Both the position numbers and the translations under genes were made by a program. DNA of 62,578 nt, filler included, from Dirinaria sp. TL-2023a (Eukaryota): the NCBI GenBank assembly GCA_051941275.1. It is 6 parts of 6 records of this genome, joined end to end, with 100 filler letters (N's around TTAATTAATTAA, not from the genome) between each part and the next. Parts side by side here need not be neighbours in the genome. Positions count along the whole stretch, not along the records: positions 20,924 to 31,282 come from JAVEBF010000947.1; positions 31,383 to 41,722 come from JAVEBF010000949.1; 4 more parts are not named here. One strand, written 5' to 3'. Each line of letters starts with the position of its first letter. Position 1 is the stretch's first letter. Below the pieces are notes generated by a model. The model searched no databases. It had not been told where the DNA came from and was given only the letters and a program-made list of their open reading frames with translations. Of this stretch, positions 27,636 to 38,653 are shown one piece after another.

Positions 27636-28944
27636 TTAGGTTCTACAACGCAATATAGACGCATATGTGCCGGTGTTTTGGGTATGCGTTTTGGCATGGA
27701 TTGAGCGATCGCGAGGGAAGATTAGAGGCACATATACAGCTGGGGCCAACGAGGGCGATGGGTATGGGAAATAGAAGATTAGAAGAACCGGCACTGATAG
27801 ATCTGCTTTGTACGAGTACTACTACTCCGTCCGCACGTACTGATGAGGACTAAGGTAATATTCGCCTGCATTTAATCCGACCAATCAAGTATTGGGGCCA
27901 TCGCCTGCGACTGTTTGGGGGAAAGAAATCCGGCCGTGGTCTGATTAGTCTGATTGGGCTTCAAGGCCGGATAGCTGCATCCCACTAACTTCAATGCCCC
28001 TCACACGATACCGTTTCGCACTACCGTCGACTGCCCGATCGACGCCGCAACTGTCCAAGCTTCGCTCACTCGTCAGCTACCTGCCCGTGAACGCCCGGAT
28101 TGACGCTGCCTCTCGATAGAGCAAGAGGCAGGAAGGTCCACGAGCACGGATTGCCCGATCGTAGTGCAGTTCTCGGAATCAGCCACTAGATTCGGAGCCC
28201 AATCGAGATTGCCGAAAGATGTAAGGATGGAGATGGCGTGCATGTGTATCCGGCATGTCTTATCACCTTATCCATCGCCATGTCTTGGGGGAGTACGTCA
28301 CGGAATCCTTCCTGGAGGCCTTAGGGAATCCTCGACGATGATTATTTCAACTCTCCATCCAATTGAAATCCAGCCAGTGCTACAATTACCCCCTCTGCTC
28401 GCTACATCTGCCCAAGGGTCATCGTCCAAGCAGACCTCACTTCTGTCCAACATGGCCCATCCTCATTCTTGACATGGTCGAGATCAGATGAGTTCAGATT
28501 TACTTATTTGAGCTTGGCTGAATCAACTACTTAGTTACCTTCGCCCTCGGGAAGCACAGGTCTTTCAAATATGAACTAGTCGAGCGAGTGACTTCCGCAG
28601 CCATTGAATTGAAGGTCAAGGACGTAAAAACGGTAGTCACGGTAGTCACGGTAAGCGAGGACTTTTAAGCCGCATCATTATTATTAATGATGATTGATGC
28701 TCTTTGTACTCCCTCAATCCAATGTCACCTGCCAATCAGTTGATTCACACTTCCTATTCACACTCTCTCCTCCTACCAAAAATCTGACTGTACCTGCGTG
28801 CGCCTGCATAAGCCAAGCGGCGGCTAATGTCATGAGTCCTGATCATAAAGACTTAATACAGGCCGCATCATTAACTCAGCTTCTCCAACGATATTGGGAT
28901 TGAGAATCAAACACCATCAACGAGTGAGATATCTGCAGGACCCC

Positions 28945-30898
28945 ATGATGTTCGACAGCAAAGAAACCCACGTGTCGAGCACGCCTGCAATGGCCAGCAA
29001 CGATAACGCAGCCATGGACCAAGAAGCACTGAAGCTGGCAGAGATGGGCTACCAGCAAAGCCTCGCTCGAAACTATTCCCTCATATCCATCCTTGGAGTC
29101 GGTTTCTCCCTCACCAACAGTTGGTTCGGGATATCGGCTGCGCTCATCACTGGCATCAACTCCGGCGGCCCCGTCCTCCTGATCTACGGCCTCATACTGA
29201 TCTGTCTCATCAGCATCTGTGTCGGTGTCTCACTCTCAGAGCTCGCCTCCGCTTATCCCAATGCAGGCGGGCAGTACTTTTGGGCGAGTGAGTTGGCGCC
29301 TCGGCTTTGGGCCGATGCCGCGAGCTATGCCACAGGTTGGGCTGCGTGGGCTGGGAGTGTCTTCACGAGCGCGAGTGTCTGTCTAGCGGTGGCGAGTGCT
29401 GGGGTTGGATGTTGGCAACTGTCACATCCTGACTTGTGCGTATGCCTTTGAATGTGGGGGGGTATGGAGGTGCGGGGAGTCTTATGCTGAAGAAACACAT
29501 AGTACGATTGAAGCAAAGCATGTCGTTGGCGCTTACGAGGTCATCAACGCATTCTGCTTCTTCTTCAACTGCTATGGCAAAGTCCTGCCGACCATGGGTC
29601 ACCTGGCACTATGGACGTCTCTGGTCTCCTTTTTCGTCATCTTGGTCGCTGTTCCTGCCTCAGCCCCCAGCCATCAGCACGCCAGATTTGTCTTCGCCAA
29701 CTTCGTGAACAATACAGGCTGGTCTAATAATGGAATTGGTATGTTAGCTTGTCCTGATATCTTGCATGTCTATCCCAGTACTTCACAGCCTCTATTGCCG
29801 AGGATGGTTGAAGCGTTTCTAATGTCTCTGCAACAGCATACATAGTGGGTCTTATCAACGCTAATTACGCCTTCGCGTGCCTCGACTGCGCAACTCATCT
29901 GGCGGAAGAAGTTCACCGACCTGAACGTATGGTCCCCATCGCCATCATGGGGACCGTATTCATCGGCTTCTGCACGGCCTGGCCATTCGCCATTTCCATG
30001 TTCTTCTCCATCTCCGACCTCGACTCTCTGTTCAACACATCCACCCTGGTCCCCACTCTCGCCTTGTTCTACCAAGCTTTAAGCAACAAAGCCGGCGCAA
30101 TCGTGCTCGAGGCGCTGATCATGGCCACGGGGATCGGGTGTCTCGTCTCAAGCCACACATGGCAGAGCCGGCTTTGCTGGAGCTTTGCCAGGGACCGGGG
30201 GGTGCCGTTCGGGAAATATCTGAGCCATGTCGAACCCCGGCTTGGGGTGCCAATGAGGGCGCATCTGCTGAGTTGCGCCATCGTTGGCGCACTGGGATGT
30301 CTGTATCTGGGCTCCTATACTGCCTTCAACAGGTAAGAAAGCCTTCGATTCCACACGGCTCTGTTTTCGTAGCTCCAAGTCTGCACCGTTAACACAGCTA
30401 ATCGAAATGCAATGAAATAGTATGGTAACGGCATGCATCGTGCTGCTCTACATCTCCTACGCCATCCCCGTCACCTGCCTCCTCCTGCGCGGGCGCAACA
30501 ACATTCCACACGGACCTTTCTGGCTTAGGAAATTCGGTCTCGTGGCCAATATCGTGCTCTTGTGTTGGACGCTATTCACGTTTGTGCTGTATAGCCTTCC
30601 CGTTGTGATGCCGGTGCAGGCGGGCAGTGAGTTTTTTTTCTCTCTCTTCCCCACCCCATCCCATTCCATCCTTTTCCTACAATCATTCATTCTACAAATT
30701 CCAAGAATGGACGTATGATGATAATCTGAAAATGGAATAGACATGAACTACATCTCCGCCGTGTACGGCATCCTCGCTCTCATCATGCTGGTGGACTGGT
30801 TCGTCCGCGGTCGAAGGAATTACCGTGGCGCGGGGAAAAGGCATTTGGATAGTGGAGAGCTGGTGAGGGAAATCGGTCATGGGGAGGTGAAGATGTAG
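28945..30898 (+). CDS. HNM1: APC-superfamily amino acid/choline transporter (HNM1-like), 5 exons
   Basis: MGYQQSLARNYSLISILGVGFSLTNSWFG, SELASAYPNAGGQYFW, CLDCATHLAEEV, HTWQSRLCWSFARDRGVP, LYLGSYTAFN|SMVTACIVLLYISYAIP, MNYISAVYG. Confidence 0.88.
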
Positions 30899-31282
30899 AA
30901 ATGGCAAGGGAGGGTGCGGAGGTTTGCTATGAGGGGATGAGGAAGGCATGAAAGGTGCATGTATTAGAAGTAGCTCCTGCTCACCTTATTTTTAGCGGAA
31001 GCGGGATGCGAAAGAGAATAAAGCGAGAGTACTTTAGAATGTAAGGTAAGTATTACAGGGAGAAAACTCCTGTCTCTCTCTCTCTCTTTTCTTCTGCATA
31101 AATAAGTAAGTAAAATACCTAACTGAAACACGATTTTTCAAAATCGCATATCAATTTCTGACTACTAATCAAATAAACAGCAGCAGCAGCCGCAGCGATA
31201 AATCAATGATTTTATTCAAATCCCATATTCTTCTCCCCCATTTTTTTCCCCCGCTTCTTTCTTACATGAATTATCTATATAC

Positions 31283-31382
31283 NNNNNNNNNNNNNNNNNN
31301 NNNNNNNNNNNNNNNNNNNNNNNNNNTTAATTAATTAANNNNNNNNNNNNNNNNNNNNNNNNNNNNNNNNNNNNNNNNNNNN
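31283..31382. other. Artificial contig linker, followed by an (AT)n/(GT)n microsatellite at about 31383-31416
   Basis: N44-TTAATTAATTAA-N44. Confidence 0.98.
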
Positions 31383-31416
<34 letters not shown>

Positions 31417-31492
31417 CATATACCTACCAGCCCAGCCCAGCAGCCCTCCCAAACCAACCGCCTCCTATTTTCCTTACCTTACTTACAGTACT

Positions 31493-33676
31493 TTACCCCG
31501 TACACCTCTCCCCGGGCTCCCTATACACCAGTCCCAACCCCTCGAAAACCCTCCTCTCGGCCTCCTGCCACGTCGGCGCCCTGGTGCGCGGATCCGTCCA
31601 CCCCTCCAGATCGACCCACTGGCCGCCACCGCCGGCCCGGTCGCACACGCCGCTGCTGTCGAACTTCCAGCCCCGGGCTTTTTTCGCGTACCGTCTCAGG
31701 TCCCGCTGGAAGGTGGTGCCCGAGGTCCAGCCCGCGACGGCGCAGCCCACAGTGCGCCACGGGCTGACGATGATGTCGACGCGGCGGTGCGGGTTTGGGT
31801 TCTTGTTCTTGGTTTTGGATTTGGCGTCGGGGGATTGCCATACCACGAGGGCTTTGTCGAGAGTGTCGAAGCCGTGATGTGTTGACCCCGCGGGTGGTGC
31901 TAGCGGTAAGGGTTGCTGGCCGCGTTTGGTGTTGGTCAGGTTCAGGCTCAGGGTGTGCGTGATCCAGCCTGCTTTGGTGAGGGATCTTTCGACGCGGGAG
32001 ATGAGGTTCGCAGTTTGCGCTTCGCAGCGGTGGCTGAGGATCAGGTCGACGTCGCCGCTTTCCGGTTTCCCGCGCCGGTGCCCGCCGACGATGATGCATT
32101 CCAGGTCCGGGTCTGAGACGCGCTTGCCGTGCTCGTGGACGACGGCGGCGATGGATTCGACCTCCGCGCGCGGGATCGGGAGCCGGAATTCGTCGTAGTA
32201 TTTCACGCCGATCTGCTGGACTCGGCTGAGCGATTGCCAGCCGTGCTCGATGATGTCGTCCAGGTCCCGCCAGCCGTTGTCGTAGTAGAATTCGCGGGCC
32301 GTGATGGCGCCCACGCCCCAGATCTCGTAGAAGAGTCGCAGCACGGACAGGACCGGGTCGGCGTCGATGTCGGCCACGGCTCGGATGAACCCCTCCGAGT
32401 CTTTCCATTCGCGGAACAGCTGAGCGATTTTGTGGTCACAGCCTGGGAGGGCGAGGACTTCGTGGGCGGAGGAGAGGGTGTAAGGGTATGCGGCTAAGGA
32501 GGCGATGCTGGTGCTGTAGGCTCGGACACCGATCTCGTCTCCAGTCAGCACGCGAGCCAGTCTGATCTTCTTGAGTTGCTCGATGAAGGCTTCGTTCGGT
32601 GAGTGGAGAGGTGTAGATCGCTCGCAGGAGTATAGCTTGTTCTGGAGGACCCAATCCGGCATTGGTGGCAGAGCGCTATCGGCGGCTTCGTCGTGTTCAG
32701 AAGTTGTCTGGTGGAGGAGCTGGGTGGGCTTCGTGAAAGATCGGGTTGGACTGCCTCTGGCATGTATGAAACTACGACCTGCAAATTCCTGCTTCATTAT
32801 GTCTTTGACACGATCCCGTCTTTGGTTTCTTGGAGCGGAAGGCTGAGCTTCGCCTTTTGCACGCTCGACGATACCGTGAGTATCATCGTCTTTCGTAACC
32901 CATGCACCCTGCGCCAGAGAGCTTGGAGATTTACTTGTAGCAGGAACGAAGGGTTTTGCAGGCTTGGATACGTCTGCTTCTGGATCAACTAAAGTCCCCT
33001 CGTATACTGTATAGAGCTCAAAAGGCAATGGCTTGCCTTCGCTGAGGGAGGCTCTGAGCCATTCCAGGTTGACAACCTTGACCCTGCCTTGCTTGTGCTC
33101 TGGGCTATGCAAATCTGGAGATAGTGGAGCCTGTCTTGTCAAATCCGAATTAGACTCGTCGCCTTTGGGAGAGGGTGAGTCTCGAGAGACTGAAAGCTGC
33201 GACATGGGTTTCGTCGCTTCTTTATCTTCGTCCTCGGTTTCCGAAGTTGCTGGATTGTCCTTGCTTGGAAGGGAGCCATCTTGCCTGGTATGTGCGGGTT
33301 CGACCTCCTTCACCAGTCTTCTTCGCTTCTGCACCGTTCCTTCGTCTCGTTGCTCGGTCGAGTGCTTAGCCACAGCATCTGAACTTTCATGGTTGTGCTC
33401 TTGAGTCTTGACACCACCCCACTGCAATTCAAGCTTTGCGCGGCGTGGTTTAGAGATATTGCCAAGCACGATGTTGGCTTCCTTGATATCATATGTCAAT
33501 GGTGCGTGTCGGTGATTCAGTTCATCCTCGGTCTCGTGGAGCTCCTTGGTGGATATATTCGCACTCAGGACAAAGATTGGGGGCAGGCCGCTTAAATCTA
33601 AATTCGAGTCCTTGACGAGAGTTCTTGTTTCCTTTTCGTCTGCAATGGTCATGCTAGATGTCTGGCTATCCGTCAT
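31493..33676 (-). CDS. Family X DNA polymerase (Pol mu/TdT-like, Pol4 class) with N-terminal BRCT-like region
   Basis: BRCT-like ...VVNLEWLRASL; 8-kDa domain (VRAYSTSIASLAAYP, LPGCDHKIA); HhH (IWGVGAITA); GGHRRGKPESGDVDLIL, RRVDII, GWTSGTTFQRDLRRYA; terminal GLVYREPGERCTG. Confidence 0.92.
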   Translation of the reverse strand: MTDSQTSSMTIADEKETRTLVKDSNLDLSGLPPIFVLSANISTKELHETEDELNHRHAPLTYDIKEANIVLGNISKPRRAKLELQWGGVKTQEHNHESSDAVAKHSTEQRDEGTVQKRRRLVKEVEPAHTRQDGSLPSKDNPATSETEDEDKEATKPMSQLSVSRDSPSPKGDESNSDLTRQAPLSPDLHSPEHKQGRVKVVNLEWLRASLSEGKPLPFELYTVYEGTLVDPEADVSKPAKPFVPATSKSPSSLAQGAWVTKDDDTHGIVERAKGEAQPSAPRNQRRDRVKDIMKQEFAGRSFIHARGSPTRSFTKPTQLLHQTTSEHDEAADSALPPMPDWVLQNKLYSCERSTPLHSPNEAFIEQLKKIRLARVLTGDEIGVRAYSTSIASLAAYPYTLSSAHEVLALPGCDHKIAQLFREWKDSEGFIRAVADIDADPVLSVLRLFYEIWGVGAITAREFYYDNGWRDLDDIIEHGWQSLSRVQQIGVKYYDEFRLPIPRAEVESIAAVVHEHGKRVSDPDLECIIVGGHRRGKPESGDVDLILSHRCEAQTANLISRVERSLTKAGWITHTLSLNLTNTKRGQQPLPLAPPAGSTHHGFDTLDKALVVWQSPDAKSKTKNKNPNPHRRVDIIVSPWRTVGCAVAGWTSGTTFQRDLRRYAKKARGWKFDSSGVCDRAGGGGQWVDLEGWTDPRTRAPTWQEAERRVFEGLGLVYREPGERCTG

Positions 33677-35939
33677 CGCGAGCCAGCGAGTCGTCTCCTG
33701 TGAGTACCAAGTGGATGGGGGAATTCAACGATGATCCCACGGGCGAAACGACGATGCAATGGATTGCTAACATTACGAGGGTAGCGGTAGAGCGACAAAG
33801 ATCGCTGAGAGTGTGAATATGTTCCTTTTATGAGGAGTGGTATGTACTCGTAGATAGAAAGACTTAGGAGATGAAGGAAAGGTAGAGAGAAACCATTCGG
33901 GTCATGTCGGTCATCATTTCATCTACAAAGTGAATAGCGTTACCTTCCACGATACATCCCATATTACGTACATTCTTCACTCTGCCCATCTTACAGCACG
34001 TCAGGTGTCTGATGTACCTCAAAAGTACCTCTTAGTAGCTGCCAGCGGATCACGTGTCTATGACGTTCCTTCTCAGATGCGCTAGGCCTTTTTTTGCTCC
34101 CTTTCATGGAAACATTCACTCGGATAACTTACCTTACCTCACCTCAGTAATGTACAGTAAGGTATGTTAAAGGGCATAGTAGCCTTTGTAAGTTATCTAC
34201 ATGCTACCTTACTGTATCGAGGGCGAGATGTAAAGGAGTAGCCGCCGCAATGAGCCGATTATCTGTTGCGGATACTGAGTGTATCTGCTCCTGGTACCTT
34301 AGGTTGTTCCTCGATAAGCTTCCCAATGGTCGTCCTCGTTGGCTTCCGGAGGGCACAAAATTAAAAACAAATTCCTAAGCCTCTGAGCAGACTGACAGCT
34401 CCGTGTGAATCTCCAGCCTTGTGCCACTGGGCTTTTCCCTCGCTTGGACATGGAGATCTGGATGACACTTGAGCCTTGGTGCTTTCTGACTGTGCAGATA
34501 CTCCTTTTATGCCGTCCAATTCTTAGGTGACATCCGAAAAAATGTGTCTCGAAACTGATTGAAAGAATGTCGGAATTACCGTAGCGCCATTCGTGGGCAA
34601 CAGCCAGGTCTTCAAAAAGACGGTCTTTGCTATCATCATCACATACGACAGTCAACTGGCTTGTCACGTATGATGATCCCTACTTCTTCCCTTCTCTTCA
34701 TGGATAGAATGTGTAAGAGGGCGAACACTGAAGAAATCTTCACTTTCTGAGAAGCAAGCTTGCATCCACCGCACCCACTGACTCTGTACTTTTAGCTTTC
34801 TCTTCTGAATTTTTGCACGGGCAATTGACAGTCAATTTCGTACCGAGTCCCTGCTCATTTAACGGGAGTTCAAGTGAATGCCTTTCCCCACCCAAAGATT
34901 CGGCAAAAAGACTTGAAAGCTCTCAAGCACACATCCAGCGGCAACTAGACTCTCGTACTAGTTACCAGATCTGTCATCACTGGCTTTGTTGACGATGTAA
35001 AGGAAATCGTGCCCACAGTTTCGAATGCAGAAGAATTCTGCAGCATAAACGCAGCCTGGGCTAAATGCAGTTCATGTAAACTCGACATCAAGCCTAAAAC
35101 CCGGATCTCCAAGAATAATGATCTAGCGCCAGCTTGGGGATTTACGCCGCTGAATACTCTTGTCTGCGCCTCGGAAATACCACCCCTCTGAAATTCGAAC
35201 ATACTGACAGTCAGTTTCAATTCTTTGAGAATTGACAGAGAATACGGTGATCATTGTTAGCACCACATGACTCCCGCTCGCACCTGACCTGAAGCTGAAA
35301 ACCGCTTTACGTACAACTCAAACTTGCTATGACCTTCAGGTCCACAATTGGACCTACGGACTAAGATGTTCAGTTCCCCTTTTTCGGATTCGCGTTTCAA
35401 CCAAAGCTCGCTTCAGCCAAATGCCACCAAGGCGTGGCGTGAGGCGTACCAATGTAATTTCATCGTATTAAGAGCCTGAAAGATGCCCACGTTGGAAAAT
35501 AGTGTATCTTGAGTGCTGGTAGGGCTGCTGTCGCCGCGTCCATTGGTATGGTAACGCGACTTCGACCTCTTGCAAGGATTTTGGCATTGATCCTGGACGA
35601 AGCTCGATACCAATGCGAAGACATTGTGGAATCTGGTATGAGATTATCACTAAGTCGATTTACAACTAGTCCGGATTTTCACTTTATTGGAGTGTTGCTG
35701 ACTTACTCAACTTAGCGTTTGTAAACATAGTGTTTTCCCAAACATTGTTGTGAATTCATAGAACACTCACTTCCTTCCCCTAGTCTCCTCGTATGTGATC
35801 ACCCTGGTGGATGCGTACGCTCTGAAAGTGATTGCACTTCATTTGGATGTGGCCGGCATCGCTTCAGTGAATCATCGAATTAGCGCGTCAATGGAATTGG
35901 AAGCATAGAAATATTGCTCCTTCGATATCCAAATTTGCA

Positions 35940-38153
35940 ATGTCACGACCCTCAACGCCACATGTCAAAATACCAGAAGTGGGAGATCGAAAACAAATCC
36001 AGCCAGGTCCTAATTCGTGGGCACAAGCAAGTCAGAAACCCAGCGTGATGAAGATCAAAAACCCTGGACCCGCCACCAACAGGGACAAGTATGAAAACAA
36101 ACCAATGCCACCTCTGCCTCGAACTCTACAGCCTAGCTCAGCTTCTCATACGCCGGGAAAGCCGGGTTACATTCAACCCGCTACCCCCTTGACCTACACG
36201 AATCAACCTATGGTTAAAACCAGAGCTGTAACAGATCCGGTTGCACTGAAGCCAATATTCGGCGGTAGTAAGACTAGCATCGGCGAGCTTCGACGAAAAT
36301 TCTCTGGTACTAAGGATAATGCCCACATTAACTCGGCTGAAGCAGTGGCGCGTCCTCGCACTCCTGTACCATCACGGTCAGAACTGCCCACCCAGTCGCC
36401 GAAATGTCACGATCTCCTAAGCGTACGCCATGATCAGCCTCCCGCTTCTGCTCAATTGGCCACAACGGCGCCAGGTCTCTTCCAATCTGCTGACCACCAA
36501 GGCCGACAACAAAAGTCTACCCCTTCTCTGAGGGATGGCTATGAACCAGACGACCAAGTGCCTAATGCGAAGACCACGCGATCTTCTGCCGATAGATCTG
36601 ATCATAACAATGCCCTCAAGATGAATGATCTGGACGGTATCATTATGGGAGACGGCAAGCTCAACCCAACACGAAAGGGAACCTACGGAACAGTTGGTGA
36701 GGTTCAATATGTGGAAGGAAAGGCGGTGCATCGGGTTGCTAGTTCTGCCGGCATAATTGAGAATGCAGAGTATCTCTCTGAGTCTGATGACCGGTCCGAA
36801 CAGTCTTCTGCACATGCTGCTTCGAGTTCTGCCGATACTGGTCATCCCCAAGGCCGTACAGACTTTTTGCAGCCTAGATTTTATTCTCCCAATAATTATG
36901 GCGGGGTTTGGGAGAACGACCCGCAAGTTGTGAGCATCAAGCCTGCCGGAACCTGGGACAAGAGACTTACTGTACAACAGGGTCACACACTGCCCCCATT
37001 CAGTCCAATGCCACCTCGTTTTCCTTTGAATGCTGAGCTACACCATAAAAATTCCTCTGAGGGTTCGCATGTTACTGTACCGTTGAACCTTAACAACGAG
37101 CCTTTCGGCCAACGAAGTCGCTTCCCCGCATACCAGCCGTCGATTATCTCAACAAACTCATGGGCTCCGCCAAGGCAAGACCATGTTGATCCACCTCTTT
37201 CGGCCACAGTACCTCCTCTCTTCTCTAACCCACATAATCATGTTCCACCGCCACCACAGACTCATGGAGATTACCAACCACCTACCGGACCTCTACCGGT
37301 GGAGTTAGCAAGGCTGGAACTTACTCTGCACCACCACATCGATAGCTGTTTTGGCAGCCTTACGCGCCTCGTGAATGGTAAGCATGATCAAACCGCAGAT
37401 CGATTGCTTACACGGCTCGAGGATCAGGAAAGAAAGATCGAGAAAGCATTGAAGAATCTCAAATGTGAGATTCAAGATATCAAACAGCACATCGAAACCG
37501 TGAAAGTAGATTCGCAAGCCCTGCAAAAGACTAGCGAAGGCTTGCACGATTCTTTGAAGGATATGACAGCAAGTACAGGTGCGGTGGATGGAAAATTGAG
37601 CCAAATCCTGTCCAAATTGAATGCTATGGATCAATCGCTCACAGATGTAAATGCGAGGTTTCGTGAAACGGGATTGGTTTGTGAAGGATGTGCAGGCAAG
37701 ACGAGGAGGCAGTCAGCCACATCCGAGTATCCACAGCAGCGCGAAGGGGTGTCGCCGATCCGATCACAGAGCACATATCCATCTCCGGCTCTGCCAAGCC
37801 AGCGTCAACAATATCAGAGCGGTGCAAGCCGGTCTTCGGGTGGCGGTCGGCAGGGCAGTGTGAACAGTCGCGGGCGGCGTCCTACCACCGCAAATGGTGC
37901 AGTAGGAAGCCAGAGCGGCGACGATAGAAGCGCGAGGAGGGTTTACTACGCGGAGATTGGAGCTAACATGGGGGAAGCACCTGATCTGAGGCAGCATCCG
38001 GCGTTCGCGTTGCAGCAGCAGCAGCAGAACTACGGATGTGACGCAAATGGTTTGGTGTCTGCCGTAGGTTCGGACGACACTCCCTATCAAGTCCAGTCTC
38101 TTTCTGGCTATGGACCAAATGGGTGGTACCAGCAAGCTTATGGGCAGCATTGA
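35940..38153 (+). CDS. Hypothetical protein, Pro/Ser-rich disordered with central coiled coil; probable intron 36930-36980
   Basis: 737-codon ORF; YGGVWENDPQV|GHTLPPFSP, LHHHIDSCFGSL, heptad-rich segment. Confidence 0.8.
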   Translation: MSRPSTPHVKIPEVGDRKQIQPGPNSWAQASQKPSVMKIKNPGPATNRDKYENKPMPPLPRTLQPSSASHTPGKPGYIQPATPLTYTNQPMVKTRAVTDPVALKPIFGGSKTSIGELRRKFSGTKDNAHINSAEAVARPRTPVPSRSELPTQSPKCHDLLSVRHDQPPASAQLATTAPGLFQSADHQGRQQKSTPSLRDGYEPDDQVPNAKTTRSSADRSDHNNALKMNDLDGIIMGDGKLNPTRKGTYGTVGEVQYVEGKAVHRVASSAGIIENAEYLSESDDRSEQSSAHAASSSADTGHPQGRTDFLQPRFYSPNNYGGVWENDPQVVSIKPAGTWDKRLTVQQGHTLPPFSPMPPRFPLNAELHHKNSSEGSHVTVPLNLNNEPFGQRSRFPAYQPSIISTNSWAPPRQDHVDPPLSATVPPLFSNPHNHVPPPPQTHGDYQPPTGPLPVELARLELTLHHHIDSCFGSLTRLVNGKHDQTADRLLTRLEDQERKIEKALKNLKCEIQDIKQHIETVKVDSQALQKTSEGLHDSLKDMTASTGAVDGKLSQILSKLNAMDQSLTDVNARFRETGLVCEGCAGKTRRQSATSEYPQQREGVSPIRSQSTYPSPALPSQRQQYQSGASRSSGGGRQGSVNSRGRRPTTANGAVGSQSGDDRSARRVYYAEIGANMGEAPDLRQHPAFALQQQQQNYGCDANGLVSAVGSDDTPYQVQSLSGYGPNGWYQQAYGQH

Positions 38154-38653
38154 GATCACGAACCTTGTTTAACGCATTATTTGCGGCGGTTGAGGACCCA
38201 AATTCTCCCAAACCTTTCTGCTCTCTTAGTCCAAAGGAGCTTTGTAATGTTACTTGTCCGTAGAAATACGAATCAGCAGCAGCAATGGAAGAACGGGTTG
38301 AGTTCGATTGCACATAAGCATAATGTAGCTCTCAGTATGGACCAATGTTTGACATGCTGTCGCACTCGGAAGAACTGCCTTCAAGTCATCTTTTGATTTA
38401 CTTTACATACCTTACGTAAAAGAATATTACCTTACACTAACCGTAATGGGAGCTTGACCATTTGACACCAACGAAAGCTTGGCGGTATTGTGATTTTGAA
38501 CCAGGTCCGAGGGGTCATTTGGCTTGCATGTGATGATTTTCTTGCATAGATAATTTGTCAAGGTACCTTAGTGCCCATCTCGTTACAATTCGTCTACTTG
38601 GCTATGTGCGCCTACCTTTAACTCTCTACTCCATAAATTTAAGGCTGCCCATC

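Noticed and set aside
31521..32408. 295-aa Arg/Pro-rich ORF overlapping Pol X
   Set aside because: Alternative-frame shadow of GC-rich coding sequence; no domain features.
34299..35650. Minus-strand ORF fragments with one intron-like signal (gtgcga...gctaac...aag)
   Set aside because: Could be a decayed gene, but I could not recognise any family or build a consistent frame.
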